NCBI RefSeq assembly: GCF_009834535.1
Contig: NC_045696.1
Location: forward strand, 54,996,001-55,060,000
Reading direction: 5' to 3'
Length of the DNA: 64,000 nt
Source: Camelus ferus
Taxonomy: Eukaryota
The translations under genes were made by a program, and so were the position numbers. Positions 11,951 to 24,986 of the stretch are shown piece by piece. Each line of letters starts with the position of its first letter. Position 1 is the first letter of the stretch. Below the pieces are notes generated by a model. The model saw only the letters and a program-made list of their open reading frames with translations, was not told the DNA's origin and did no database searches.

Positions 11951-13929
11951 CCTGTATTTCAACCTATTTAAGTCCTTTTCCACTTTATAGATTTGAGCAA
12001 TTCATATTTGCATCTAAAATTATATTAGATACTGTTAAAGGTACAGAATATATTCGGAATATCACTCTAACCATAAAGGATGTGTTATTTTGGGGAATAC
12101 ACTAGCTGAAGGGTCTAGGGAAATAGACTAGGAATACACTATCTAGCTGAAGAGTCTAGGGAAACAGATATCAAAAAGACTTCAAAAATATAAACTGTAA
12201 CTTAAGTTGCATAGTTTTTAGTCCTTTAGAAGGTCAGAAAAGAGACTTCAAACTAGAATAAACAGAACAGACTGCATGAAAAGGTGGGACTTGGGACAAC
12301 CCTGACCAGAGGACCGGGGCCCATGACAAACACGTCCTCAATGCCAGGAAACAAACCCAGACACACTGGTGCTCCCAGACATCCTCATTCTGCTCAGTCC
12401 TCATTAGCCTCCTCTGAGCTTCACCAAGCACTGTAGCCAACTCACAACCTGCCCTTTGCTCCATCTTCCCTAGTGACTCTTCATCAAGTTAGAAGAAATA
12501 TGGTTTAACAAGGGAACTAAGCATGCTGGAGAACAACTGGAGATACAAGAACCTGATCTTATTATGGAAACCTCGGTAAGGAGAACTAAATTACAGCTGT
12601 GGAAATAGTTAACATGCATCCTATGCCTTTGGTACTCACGGCAAACAAAGAAAGCCCAGAAATAAGGCAAAATATTTCTGAAGATCAAGGGACCTTCCTG
12701 AAAGAAGACTGGAGATGACCTGATAAAAACAAGGTTACCTGGGATAGTAAACCAGATGTCCCGAGACTGCTTAGCCATGCTCAAATCCAGGCAGCAGTGC
12801 ACTGCAGTGGGGGGTGGGGGAAGAAGTGTTCTTCAGAAATGGGCATGACAAATTAGTGCTTAGGGTAGCGTTGTCCAAAGGATTTATGTTCCTCCAGGAC
12901 ATGAACAGAAGGTGAAAGCAAAATCTACCAAGAAAAATACCAGACATGTTGGTACACAGCTATACGGTGAAAACTGAAAGAACATTAGGATGATTGCAAG
13001 GTTTTGTCAAGTCCTGCCTCATATGACATCTTCCAGGTATTTTGATCTCTTCCTCTCATTCCTTATCCATTGCTGCAAAACTTTCAGTCCCTCACTGTGT
13101 CTCCCCACAATCCTCTCTTCATTATCTTTTATAGCCCTGGTATCTGCTACTCAAGGGGCAAGGCCAGAAGGATAGAGCAGAGTGTGAGTTTAAACACTAG
13201 TTTCCTTCATCATCTCTGCCATTCCTTTTGTATATAGGAAAAAGCATGTGTTTAGTTGCTTTAAAATGTCTGAGATAGAAACTAGGACCCCATAGGAGTA
13301 GAGATTTAATTTACAAAGATTTTTCAGCCAGCAAAAATCTTTCCATTTTTTTGTTATTATAGTTAAAGATATTTCAAGGAAGACAGAAACAAATGCAATG
13401 TTTACTTTTTAGCATCTCTTATATATCTAAAGCAATTTTGTTAATTTAGAAGCATAAAAATGTATTAGACCTAATTGGTTTGTTCATAAAATGTTCATGT
13501 TTTATATATTAAAATTTAAAGCATAGTTTATTCAATTACAAATGTACTAGGAGAGTGCCTTAAAATGTAGTAGATTAAACTATAAGCTGCTAAACTATAA
13601 AAAAAATATTCTCCATCCTGCCAGTTTATAAGAAATAGGCAAAATTTTGAGGACAGAAGGAACGTCGATACTACAGTTAGATAAAGAAAAGTATTCCATT
13701 TTCTTGAATCAGTATCTTCAGTACATCAAGAACTTACAGAGAGCACTTGTTCTCAGAAGAACTTCGGAATAAAAGAAAAATGTTCACTGAATATTTTTGC
13801 CATATGAGAATTTGTCTAATTATTATCAGTCTCTGAGCCATCTCTCAGCAGTTCTCGTACCATCTGATGCTTTGTGTTGTAAGCTGAAGACTTTTTTTTT
13901 TTTTTTTTTTGTAGAAAAATAACTGGTTT

Positions 13930-14115
13930 AGGGCTAGGTTTCTGGGCTCTAGAACAGTGTGACCTGGAGCAAGTCACTTCATTTCTATGGGAATACAAGA
14001 TCTTGGAGGTTCTTTCCAGCATTATGAGGTAATTACGGAGTAGAACCATAAACAGACTTGACCCTGTTTACCTCCCATGAAGCTGTAATACACCCCGTGC
14101 TCATGATAAATGAGC
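13930..14115 (+). mobile_element. MIR SINE
   Basis: Core tgtgacctggagcaagtcacttcatttctatgg. Confidence 0.5.
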
Positions 14116-14725
14116 TTAGAGCAATAGGAAGAGTAAAAGGTGGTAATCACAGGAGAAAAGAACAAAAGTTCTGCTCAGAAACCTGTAGGCATTGTTTGTT
14201 ACCTGTATACTTCAGCATTAGAGGGGCTCTGAATACTGTAGAGTGTCCCCATGGGGTCAGAACTGGAGAGTTAGAATAGTGTGATGTGAGAATGATAATG
14301 CCCCAGTTAAAAAAATGAAGAAACCAGTGGTATAAAAGTGGGATTTGACATCTTCATAGATCAACTCTTAAATCAATGTTGATATAATTTCAACATATTT
14401 AAAAAATGTTAATATTATTCTTCAAAGTGCTTGAATAAAACATAGTCAGAAACACCGCCACTTGTTTTGGTGCAATGGTAGCTATTTCCAAAGATAATAT
14501 AAATCAAATAAACCTGGACAATCACAGGAGTCTTGACCTGACCTCTCTATAAGCAGCTATGAGCAGCACCAGGATTACACACCACTACATCCCCCACTTT
14601 ATCCTTATTTAATGAGTGCATCTCTACAAAGGAAGTGGTTTCATCCACTGAGCGTAGAAGGGTAAGGAATCTGAGGCAGATGAGGGAGTACAGTTGAGCC
14701 TCCAAGGGATTTAAATCTTGCCAAG

Positions 14726-15221
14726 TTGATACAAAGGCGATGCCCCTGTGTGTGCCCCAAAAGAGGCCTGGCATTTGTCCTCTGCTTCTGGAAGGTAACC
14801 TCTAAAATGTCATGTCTGATGGGAGTTTGTCTGGAGGTCTTGGGCCAGGATAGTTTAATAATGTGACTAGGATAGAGGCTTTAGGTTATTCCCAGAAGGG
14901 CTGGTCAATTAATCAGTCGTTGATTATAATATGGACTAGAGGTTCAATCAAATTCCCCATTTCAGACAAACTTCCATGGTGGGCAATACTCCACGTTTGT
15001 AAACCAGCACTGAAGTGCTTCTCCCAACTCCACCCTGTGTGCTTTTCCACATACCTAATTTTAACCTGCATCCTTTTTCTATAGTAAATTGTAACCACAG
15101 GTGTAACAGTTTTCAGTGAATTCTGTAAATCCTTCCTTCTAGTGAATTACTGAACCTGAACTTAGAGTTAGTGTTAGAAGTGAGAGTGGTCTTGTGTGGA
15201 TTGTGTTCTGCCTAACTTCAC
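14726..15221 (+). mobile_element. MER77/MER21-family ERVL-class solo LTR
   Basis: tgatacaaagg...ccccaaaagaggcctggcatttgtcctc...gtaacagttttcagtgaattctgt...agaagtgagagtggtcttg...ctaacttcaca. Confidence 0.75.
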
Positions 15222-18200
15222 AGTTGGCAAAACTCCTCATCATCACCAAGGCAAAAATCAGACCTTTTTTCTTTCCTCCTTTCTTTTAGCATCTTTATTC
15301 ACATGCCATAAAATTCACCCATTTAAAGTATATAATTCAATGAATATTCAGAGTTGTTCAACCCTCATCACAACGTAAGATTACAACACTTTCATCACCC
15401 CTCCAAAAACTCCCATTCACATTATCCATCTCAGACCCAGGCAACCACTAATTTACTTTCTGTGTCTACAGATTTGCCTGTTTCAGTTATTTCATAGAAA
15501 CTGAATTATTGGACTGGCTCCTTCCACTTGGAATAATGTTTTCAAGGTTCATCTATGTTGTGCCATGTATCAGTACTGCATTCCTTTTTATCGCTAAGTA
15601 ACCTTCCATTGAACAATCATACCACATTCTGTGTATCCATTCATCAGCTGACATACATTTGGGGTGTTTCGAATCCATGGCTATTGTAAGTAATGGTGCT
15701 GTGAACACCTGGGTACATGTTTCTACACGAGCATGTTTTCATTCCTCTTGGTTGTATACTTCGGAATAGAATTGCTAGGAGATGTGGTAACTCTATGTTT
15801 AACATTTTGAGGATATTCCAAGTGGCTACACAATTTCACATTTCTACCAGCAATGCATAAAGTTCCAATTTCTCTCCATTCTCACCACTTGTTACTGATT
15901 GCATTTTTGAGACTAGCCAGCCTAGTGAGTGTGAAGTGGTATCTCATTGTGGCTTAGATTTGCACTTCTCTAAAGATTAACGCTGTGTTTCTTTTCATGT
16001 AATTGTCTATCTTTTTTAAAGAAAAATCTTTTCAAAACCACTGCTCATTTTTAAATCAAGTCATTTGTCTTTTTATTATTCTTTTCTAACAGTGCTTTAC
16101 ATATTCTGGGCATAAGACTTTTATCAGAAATATGATTTGCCAAGTTTTCTTTTCACTTTCTTGATGGTACCATTTGCATCACAAACATTTTTAATTTTGA
16201 CATACTTCAATTTAGCTATTTCTTTCGTCACTTGTAAATGTGATGTCCCATCAAAGACACCACTGCTCAACCAAATGTCACAATGGTTTTCTCCTATTTC
16301 CTTGTAAATGTTTTATAGTTTTAGTTCTTACATTTCCAAAAGGTATATAATTCATTTTGAGTTGATTTTTGTGTAAGGTGCATGACAGACATCCAAATTC
16401 ATTTCTTGTTTGTATATGTGTATATCCAGTTGTCCCAGCATCATTTTTGAAAACTATTCATTTCCCATTCTATTCTTCTCACCTTAGTCAAAAATTAAAT
16501 GGCTAAATATATGGATTTCTAGAACCTAAATTTGATTCCATTGATTTATATCTCTCATTGTCATACTATAGCACTGTAGTAAGTTTTGAATTTGGAAAGT
16601 TATCCAACTTTGTTCTTCTTTTTCAAAACTGTTTTGATTATTCTGTTTCCCTCACATTTCAATATGAATTTTAGGATCAACTCATCAATTTCTGGAAAAA
16701 AAAGTCAGTAAGAGCTGTGATATAGACTGCATCAAATCTATAGACCAATTTGGGTAGTATTGCCATCTTAACATTAAATCTTAAGATCCATGAACAAGGG
16801 ATGTATATCCATTTACTTAGACTTCTTTAATTTCATTCAACAATGCTTTGTAGTTTTCAGTGTACAAGTCTCACACTAGTTTGTTAAATTCACTCTTAAG
16901 TATTATAATTTTTGGTGCTATTGTAAATGAAATTGTTTTAATTTCATACTCACATTTTTTCATTACTAATATACAGAAATATAACCAATTTTTGAACATC
17001 CATCTTAAATCCTGCAATCTTGCTGAATGTATCTACTAGCTCTGATACTTTAAGCGTATTTCTTAGGATTCTCTATATGTAAGATGATGTTACCAGCAAG
17101 TACAGACAATTTACTTCTTCCTTTTCACTTTTGATGCTTTTCATTTCTTTCTCTTGCCTAACTGCCCCAGCTAGAACCAGATGCGATATTCAATGGAGAT
17201 GGCAAGAGTGGATATCCTTGTTCTGTTCCTAATCCTAAGAAAGGAGGCATTTAATATTTAGCCATTTGGTATGATCTTAGCTGTGTTTTTGTATATATGT
17301 TACATCAAGTTGAGGAATTGTCCTTCTATTCCAATGTTGTAAAGTGCTTTTATCATGAAAAGCTGTTGGATTTTGTCAAATGCTTTTTTCTGTGTCTATT
17401 GATATGATCATGTATTTTTTGTCCTTTATTCTATTACTATGATATGCTAGTGGGTTAATTTTTAGCAGTTAAAATGATTTTGTATTACTGAGATAAATCC
17501 TACTTGGTCAGTGTATACAATTCTTTTTATATGTATCTGGATGTGACTTTTTAAGGATTTTTGTGAGAATATTTGATTCTAATTTTCTTTCCTTGTGGTA
17601 TCTTTGTCAGATTTTGTTATCTGGCTAATACTGTCCTCATAGAATGAATTTTCTTTTTACTTATTAAAAAAACTTCCTTTTATTTATTTAAAAATTTGTG
17701 AAGAACTGGAATTCGTCTTGTATATTTGGTAAAATTCACTAGTGAAGGCTGCATATAGGCTTTTATTAGTGGGAAGTTATTTAAATACTAACTCAGTCTC
17801 TGCACTAGTTATAAATCTTTTAGATTCTCTATTTCTTTTTGAGTCAGTTAGCTGCATTTCCTGAGTTTGGGAATGTCATTTCTTTTTTTCAACCATTCAG
17901 TAGGGGTATGTTGTTTAATTGCAACATTTTTATGAATTTACAAAAATTCCTTTTGTTGGTTTCTCATTTAATTCCACATTGATTAAAGAACATACTCTGA
18001 ATGATTTTGATTCTTTTAAATTTATTGTTCCTTTTTTCATGATCTAGCATATAATTTATCCTGTAAATTTTCATAGGTACCTGGAAAAAATGTTTATTTG
18101 CTGTTAAGTGGAGTGTTCTTGAGATGTCTGTTAGTCTAGTTGGTTTATACTTTTGTTCAAGTCTTTTATTTCCTGTTAATCATCTACCTAGTTGTTCTAT

Positions 18201-19705
18201 CCATATTGAAAGCAGAGTATTGCAGGCTTCCAATTTTATTGTTGAAATGCCTGTTTCTCCCTTCACTTCTGTCAGTTTTTGCTTCATATATTTTGGAGTT
18301 TTATTGTTGGGTGTATGTATATTTTTAATCACTCTATCTTCTTCATGGATTGACCCTGTATCATTTGTAAATGCTCTTCTTTTTCTCTAGTAATTTTGTG
18401 GTAAAGCCTATTTTTCTGGTATTAGTATAGACACTCCAACTTTTTTATAATTACCCTTTGTACGATCTGTATTTTTCCCTTCTTTTACTACCAAACTGTT
18501 TGCATATTTGAATCTAAAATGTGTTTCCTCTCATCAGGACACAGTTGGAGCTTATTTTTACTTATTATTATTTTCAATCACATGTTCTTTGACTTTTAAT
18601 TATATCGCTTTATCTATTCACACTTATTACTATTACTGATATGATTAGATTTACTTCTAAGTATTTCCCTTATTGTTTTCTGTATGTCTTATTTATTTTT
18701 ATTCCTCTGTTCTTTCTTACTGCCTTCTTGGTTCTTTTTAGGGATTTCCTGGTGTAGTATTTTAATTCCGTGAATAATATTTAATCATATTTTCTTAAAA
18801 TGTTTCATGGTTGCCCTAGAATTTACAATGTACATTCTTAAATTACCAAAATATACTTTAGATTTTCAATAACTTAATTACAGTGAAATACCGAAAGTTT
18901 ACTTATGTGTGGCACCATTTCCTCTTGCCTTACTTGTGCTACTATTGCTGTATGTTTCCTCAATACATGTTACAAACCCAACAATGCATTATTAAAATCG
19001 TCCTATGTAGTGTTATGTTGTTTAAGGCAGCTTAGAGAAGAAAGGAAAGCAGGAATTAACTTATAGAGCTTGTTATGTTAAGTATTTATCATTTCTGATT
19101 CCCTTCATTTATTCTTATGGACTTGAGTTACCATCTCATATCATTTCCTTACTCCACTTCTGTTTTGTTTCCATCGTTATTTTTTGTGCTATTATTGTCA
19201 AATATATTACATTTACATGTTCCGAGTTCAGCAATACATTATACACATAGTTTTATGCAACTACTTTTTCAATCCATCAAGGGAAAAAAGGAAAACAGTT
19301 CAGTCATATCATCTTTTAAAATCACCTGCATAAGTACCCTATTAACATTCTTTATTTACTCATGTGGATTTAAATTACTGTCTGATGCTACTTGTTTCTA
19401 GTTTGAAGAACAACTGTTAAGTACTGTAAGGAAGATCTGACAACAACGGATTTTCTTATCGTTTATCTATCTGGGAGTCTGTATTTTAATCTTCATTTTT
19501 AAAAGGTAGTTTTGCTGGATATAGGATACTTGGTCAATAGTTTTTTACCCTTAGCACTTTGAGTGTGTGATTCCTTCTGGCTCTGTTGCTTCTGGTCACA
19601 AGTCTGCTGTCAATTTACTGAGGTTCTCTTGTACATGAGAAGTCATTTATCTCTTGGTGCTTTTGAGATTGTCCCTCTATCTTTGACTTCAAAAATGCTG
19701 ATTAT

Positions 19706-19816
19706 AGCCCTTAATGAAGAAAGGATATAAATGTGAATATATGTATGTATATGCATGACTGGGACACTGTGCTCTACACCAGAAACTGACACATCATAAC
19801 TGACAGTACTTCAATA
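19706..19816 (+). mobile_element. Extremely 5'-truncated younger L1 3' tail
   Basis: ...gcatgactgggacactgtgctctacaccagaaactgacac...tacttcaataaa; TSD AAAAATG(C/T)TGATTAT at 19691-19705 and 19817-19831. Confidence 0.85.
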
Positions 19817-19841
19817 AAAAATGTTGATTATGATGTATGCA

Positions 19842-19894
19842 GGTACAGATCTGTTTGTGGGTACAGATCCATTTGTGGGTACAGACCCCTTGTG
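19842..19894. repeat. Tandem repeat, ~18-bp unit x3 (GGTACAGATCYRTTTGTG)
   Basis: ggtacagatctgtttgtg / ggtacagatccatttgtg / ggtacagaccccttgtg. Confidence 0.9.
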
Positions 19895-20939
19895 TCACTG
19901 GGGCTTAAACCCTTTACTGATGAATCTATGTCCAGCTTGGTAATGCTTTCAAGTCTGCCCCACATTCTGTTCTGATCATTCCTGAGTGTTCATAGGCTAA
20001 TGAATTTGCCCAGACATCTCAATCCTCAGGGTTGACTCCAATCCTAGGAAGCTCTTTTTGACTGTCTTTTTCCCTTGTCCCCTCCATTAAATTTCTAGCT
20101 GCTCTGCCATTCTGCTTGTTTCTACAAGTAGCATGGGGCTATGAGAATCTCCCTAAGATTGCCTTGTTCGCCGTAACACTCGCAGTCATGGAATTCTCCA
20201 TGCCCTGATCTGAATGAGTCAGCCTCCTCAGACAGAGCTGTGGCGCTCTTCATCCTATACGCTGCCTCTCTCTCAGGTGGGACGTCTTTGCCACTATGTA
20301 AGGACTGGAGGCAGGAACAGTGATCCCCTTATCTCAGAGTGACGTCGCTGCTCTACAGATAGACACTGGGAGATGGAGGTACCTCTTGGCCTTTTCAGAT
20401 TGCCCCTTTGATATGGAAATTCTGCCCTATAAGTGAGCTAGGTCAGGGGCAGTCAGGTTCCCAGTATTCTCACCCTGCTGTTGCTGGAGTAAAGTTGTCC
20501 TTCCTACACAAAAGAGGTGGGTATTTTAAGGGACAGTCTTTTAACAACACAATAGAGCTTCTGCAACATACGACTGGGGAAGATGAGAACCCTGATGGCT
20601 TGCTCTAAGTAGAATGACAGCCCTGGACTGGGTCTGGGGAGGAAAGAGAACCCTGTATTCTTGGCTGCATCCACTCAGAGTAAAGCACCCCAAGAAGAGT
20701 TCCTATAAAGCAAGGCTAGGATGAAGGATAAGGAAGAAGTTGATGGCTCAAATGCCATTGTCTCTCATGCTTACCCAGGTATAGCAGATATCCTTTAATG
20801 TTTCTTCACTTGCTGTATGCCCCTAGAACAACTTCAGGAGACTTAAAACATTTAAAAAACATGTATCTACTTAATTGACTATCTTTGAGGGGGAAAGAGC
20901 TTACTGCACTCTGCATGTCATCATTTCTGAATCCTCAGG

Positions 20940-21650
20940 AATGATTTCTCCTGGACCTTATGTCTGGTCCAAACACCCTGTGATGTTCTGAAACCCCAAG
21001 ATTTGAAAATGTGTTTTCAATTTCAAATCCTGATTGTGCTGCCTGTTGTTTTTCACTTGTTTATTTTTTAAACCTAGTCATATGTAGCACAATGATATTA
21101 GAATTTATAGAGCTGCATTTGAATATAAATTCAAGATATTTTATCAGCATGGGTCAGCTTGGAGCACTTTTCTTGCATTTATTAATAAAATCTTTTTTGT
21201 GCCCTTGTTAGAAAAGATACACTTTGCTTCTGCAGAACAGTTGGGGTTTTTTTTAGACCATTTGGTATAAAATGTTTGACAAAAGTGTACTGTTGGATGA
21301 CTGCTGAGAAAACTGACTTTAGAACCTTGGAGAAAGTTCTGTGTTTGAATTCAGAAAGGATCCTCAACTAAAATGGTCTTCACATTTCCATTTACTTTAA
21401 GATCCTCAACTATTATTTACTGATGAGGCTCTGTGAAATTTAATGTCATAGATGACATTACGATTCTTCATCAGCTTTTACTACAGAACTTCAGTGTTTT
21501 TATTGCTCGCATACCTTTCTTCTTAAAAGATCGTGCTTATAAGTTACATTCTATAGCCTATATACTCTAATTTCCTGTATTTTGAGAAATATTCTGATAG
21601 CTGTAGTAGAAAAAATATTTATTACTGACATCAAAGGTAGACTATGAGTC
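20940..21650 (-). mobile_element. Ancient non-L1 LINE reverse transcriptase fossil, C-terminal part (RTE-X/L4-like)
   Basis: Minus-strand peptides ADE (21475-21467, YADD position) followed, with a frameshift, by IVMSSMT; then LKVNGNVKTILV (21401-21366) and FQILG...GE (~21010-20948). Confidence 0.5.
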
Positions 21651-22301
21651 TAAACATGCATTAGTTTTCTGAGCGCTGTGGGAATTTTCTGGGTTGGAAA
21701 GTGGAGAAAGTAGCCCCTGGAGAAAAGAATAATGCAATAATGCAAAGAGGGAATGTTGCTATGTGAGAAATATGGGAAGAAAATGAGGCCAGAGAAGTAG
21801 AGCAGAAGCAGAGCAATGAAGGGACTTGACTTTAATTTTATATATTCAAATTCATTCATCTTTTATTTTATAGCCAATGCTTGTTTCCTTTTAGAAAATA
21901 AGAAATATTTTCTATTTGTTTTTTAAATTATGTTTTATATTTAAGTCTCTAATCCAATTGGAGTTGATTACTGAAGTGAGTATTCAGTTTTCTCTTTTCA
22001 TGTATAACCCTTATTCTACTTCCAGTCGAAGAATATCCCTTTTTCACACTTATCTCACATGCTACCTCTGTCTTATGCCAAACACCATACATCTGTGATT
22101 TTGTTTTTTTGCACTTTGTTCCATTGATCAACTGACATATCCTTGCACTAACACCACACGCTGCTAATTACAACAGCTTGATTAGTATTAGATCTGACAA
22201 GCGTCTCTTGCCCAAACATCACAGAGGTACCCAGGTAATTCTTTTCAATATAACTTTTAGAATAATCTTTGAAAGTTGTATAAGAAGCTGAATAAAGTCT
22301 T

Positions 22302-22455
22302 TTTTTATAGACTTTTTTTTTTTTTTTTTTGCAGGGGCAGAGGTATTTAGGTTTATTTATTTATTTGGTTTTTCAATGGAGGCACTGGGGATTGAACTCA
22401 GGACCTCGTGCATGCTAAGCATGTGCTTTACTACTTGAGCTATACCATCCCACCT
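22302..22455 (-). mobile_element. tRNA(Ala)-derived SINE, camelid Vic-1-like
   Basis: Reverse complement GGTATAGCTCAAGTAGTAAAGCACATGCTTAGCATGCACGAGGTCCTGAGTTCAATCCCCAG (A and B boxes), (AAAT)n, poly(A); TSD TGAATAAAGTCTT at 22289-22301 and 22456-22468. Confidence 0.9.
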
Positions 22456-23224
22456 TGAATAAAGTCTTAATTAGAACAGTTCTTTATTTTAAACATTATT
22501 TTTAATAGTTAATATTTTCACCATTTTCTTTTTTTATTATACATGTTTAATATCTGCCCTTTCTTACTGTTGAATTCTATTAGGGTAATTTTAAAATTTT
22601 GGTGCATCTGTTCTAATATTTCTAATTCTGTCAAACTGCTTATTCCAATGTGTCATTTTTTAAAATTCTTAAATGTCTTGTTATTTTAGTCTGTAAGCTC
22701 CCCTTCCTCGGAAATATCGATAGTTCTGACAATGCATATTATTTATCTCCAAAACCCCAGGGAGTATGGAGTGGAAAATGGATGAGTTCTATGGTAGACA
22801 ACCAAGTCACCAGAAAATCACAACCTTGTCTCACCTACAGAACAACTTCACAAATAAAGGCTTTATCTTTTCTCCCGAAGGAGAAGCAGCATCAGAAGAG
22901 ACACTTCCTAGATTTTAATTTAATAGGCTGTGGATGTTGGAGCAGGAGGGATGGGAAAGTGGCTGCTTTAGCTACTTTGTCCTTACCAGTTCTGAGCACT
23001 TCATAAAATCAGGGCTTCTGTAAGTACTGAATTTACTCCTGAGAACTGTTCCAGAGTTCTGAGTCATCATAGGTTTGGGATGTAGGCACAGCTCACCTCA
23101 GGGTAGTGGAAGTGGGGAATAAATAGAAGACCTCTAACATCTACTTTCTTTCTACCTTCACCCACATCATCTCTGGTTGTCTCATTCCCCAGGACAAAGC
23201 CTTCAGCTTCAGCTGCCCACCCCC

Positions 23225-23225
<1 letters not shown>

Positions 23226-23261
<36 letters not shown>
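23226..23261. repeat. (AC)18 microsatellite
   Basis: Direct reading. Confidence 0.98.
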
Positions 23262-23264
<3 letters not shown>

Positions 23265-23639
23265 AATTCAAATCAATCCTATCATCTCGGATTCCTGTGT
23301 TTCCTATTCTGCATGGTCTTTGTTTTTTCTTTTTATTCTTTGCTCAATTCTTAATAACTATGTGGCTATTACCATGTATTTATCCCCTCTTCCTACTTTT
23401 CACTACATGGTGCTGCTCACTCCCGTCACTGTTCAATAAGTACCCTCTTGAGCCTGCTGCTCTCAATTTGAGCCTGCAAATCTGGCCAGGCTGTCTTCCT
23501 TAACCCCTTTTCCATAAGTTCCAAATGAATAACATATATCTTCTTAATTTAATATTTCTGAAATTAGCTAACTTACCTTTCTCTCTCTTTTTGTTCATTG
23601 AGAGATTTCTCTTTGCCATAAATTCAACTGAAACACATT

Positions 23640-23961
23640 TCCTAGACTGAATTCACTGACAAGCCATCATGCATGAGTTCTACTCAGGCTGAAAACATGT
23701 CCGAATTATTACTGTACATTCAATGCTTATATTTGTAAAGTAAAATTTGGGGAAAATACCATCAAAATATATTTTTATCACACTCCTGCCCCTGATTCTT
23801 TCTTGTGCCAATTCTAACAAGGATATTTTAATTCTATTACAAAAAACAAACAAAACTAAATAATGGGGAAAATGTATGATAAAATTAGGACTATTGAAAC
23901 ATTTTACTGTTCCACATTTTAATTTACTGATAATTTTGCACACACACAAAAAGTGGGCCAA
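23640..23961 (-). mobile_element. Ancient non-L1 LINE RT fossil, N-terminal RT subdomains (RTE-X/L4-like)
   Basis: ORF 23680..23961 CKIISKLKCG...PNF...LFVFCNRI...SVIKIYFDG...P..Y..ISI resembles the AIxKLKxGKAPGxDGIPxE / LFNxI / IIPIYKKG / NYRxISL series of non-LTR RTs. Confidence 0.5.
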
Positions 23962-23969
23962 GGTGGACA

Positions 23970-24986
23970 GTATGAATCAAATCAGCTTCCTTTCTAGCCT
24001 CATTCTAGAATGTCTTATTGTACTGCCAAGAATGGGATTCTGAACATTACATTTCACAGCCATCACAGCAGCTATGATTCTGGATGCAAATAAGGTTCCA
24101 TAAGTTAAATGTCATTTCAAGATATTAAAGCAGAAGACAGGTATAGGCCATAGTATTAGTTTCCTAGGACTGCTGTAACAGTACCAAAAGCTGAATGCCT
24201 TAAAATAACAAAAATGTATCATCTCACGGTCCAAAATCAAGGTATCAGCAGGACCAGGCACCTTCCGAAGTCTACAGGGAAGAATCCTCTCTTGACTCTT
24301 CTTACTTTCTGGTGGTGACTGTCATTCTAAGTGTCCTTTGATTTGTGGCGGCATTACTCCAAACTCTGCCTCCATCTTTGCATAGCATCTTCCCTGTGGA
24401 TTTACCATTGTCTTCCTTCTGTGTCTGTCTGTGTGTGTGTGTGTCTAAATATTCTCTTTTGATAGAGACAACAGTTTTGTTGGATTAGGACCCACCCTAA
24501 TGACCTCGCTTTAATTTTACTACATCTGTAAAGCCTTTATTTTCAAATAAGTTCGCATTTTTATGTCCCCGGGGTTAGGACTTCAACCTATCTTTTTTGG
24601 GAGATACAATTCAACCCATCTTCCTGACAGTTTTGGTTGGTTTTAACTAGCAAGTAAGGTTGTAGAAACATGAGATTTTCCTATATCACATCTCTAGACC
24701 CAGCCAGTTTGTTAGTATGGAGAGGAAGTTGCAGTAGTGACTTCCAAATCCTAGAATCATAATTATAGGTAAGTGTTCTTAAAAATCAAAACTTTCAGTT
24801 GCAGTTTCAAAGGTAATAGCTCTTATGGCAAGTAAGTTACATAGCATTCTAGAAATCATTTCTATAGGCCTAGAGCTTGCTCATATTTACTTAACTTTTA
24901 TGTATAGTCAATTTCCTGTATTAAATAGCTTTCTGCTTAAAATACTTTGAACATTGTCTCTTACCACACCAAGTCTTGACTGGTAC
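23970..24986 (+). mobile_element. LTR41-like ERVL solo LTR, split by an MLT1 insertion
   Basis: tacatttcacagc...tggatgcaaataaggttcca; 3' end aatttcctgtattaaatagctttctgcttaaaatac...cttgactggtaca. Confidence 0.7.
24150..24618 (-). mobile_element. MLT1C-like MaLR solo LTR nested in the LTR41-like element
   Basis: gtattagtttcctaggactgctgtaaca...ggggttaggacttcaacctatcttttttgggagatacaattcaaccc. Confidence 0.85.

Larger units (their letters stand above)
15260..20930 (-). mobile_element. Long old L1 (L1M-type): 3' UTR, degenerate ORF2, inter-ORF region and probable 5' UTR, with most of ORF1 missing
   Basis: Antisense 3' UTR (cataaaattcacccatttaaagta) and ORF2 (caagagtggatatccttgttctgttcct = GxRQGYPL antisense); GC-richer 5'-end-like sequence at 19900-20930. 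Confidence 0.8.

Noticed and set aside
19842..19894. CRISPR-like or other spaced repeat array
   Set aside because: Three adjacent units without spacers in mammalian DNA; no cas genes.
21359..21412. 12-bp direct repeat GATCCTCAACTA as the TSD of an insertion
   Set aside because: The 30 bp between copies has no poly(A) and carries the LKVN RT-like motif; more likely local duplication or chance.
22375..22455. tRNA-Ala gene
   Set aside because: It continues into an AT-rich tail and poly(A) and is bounded by a TSD, so it is a SINE head.
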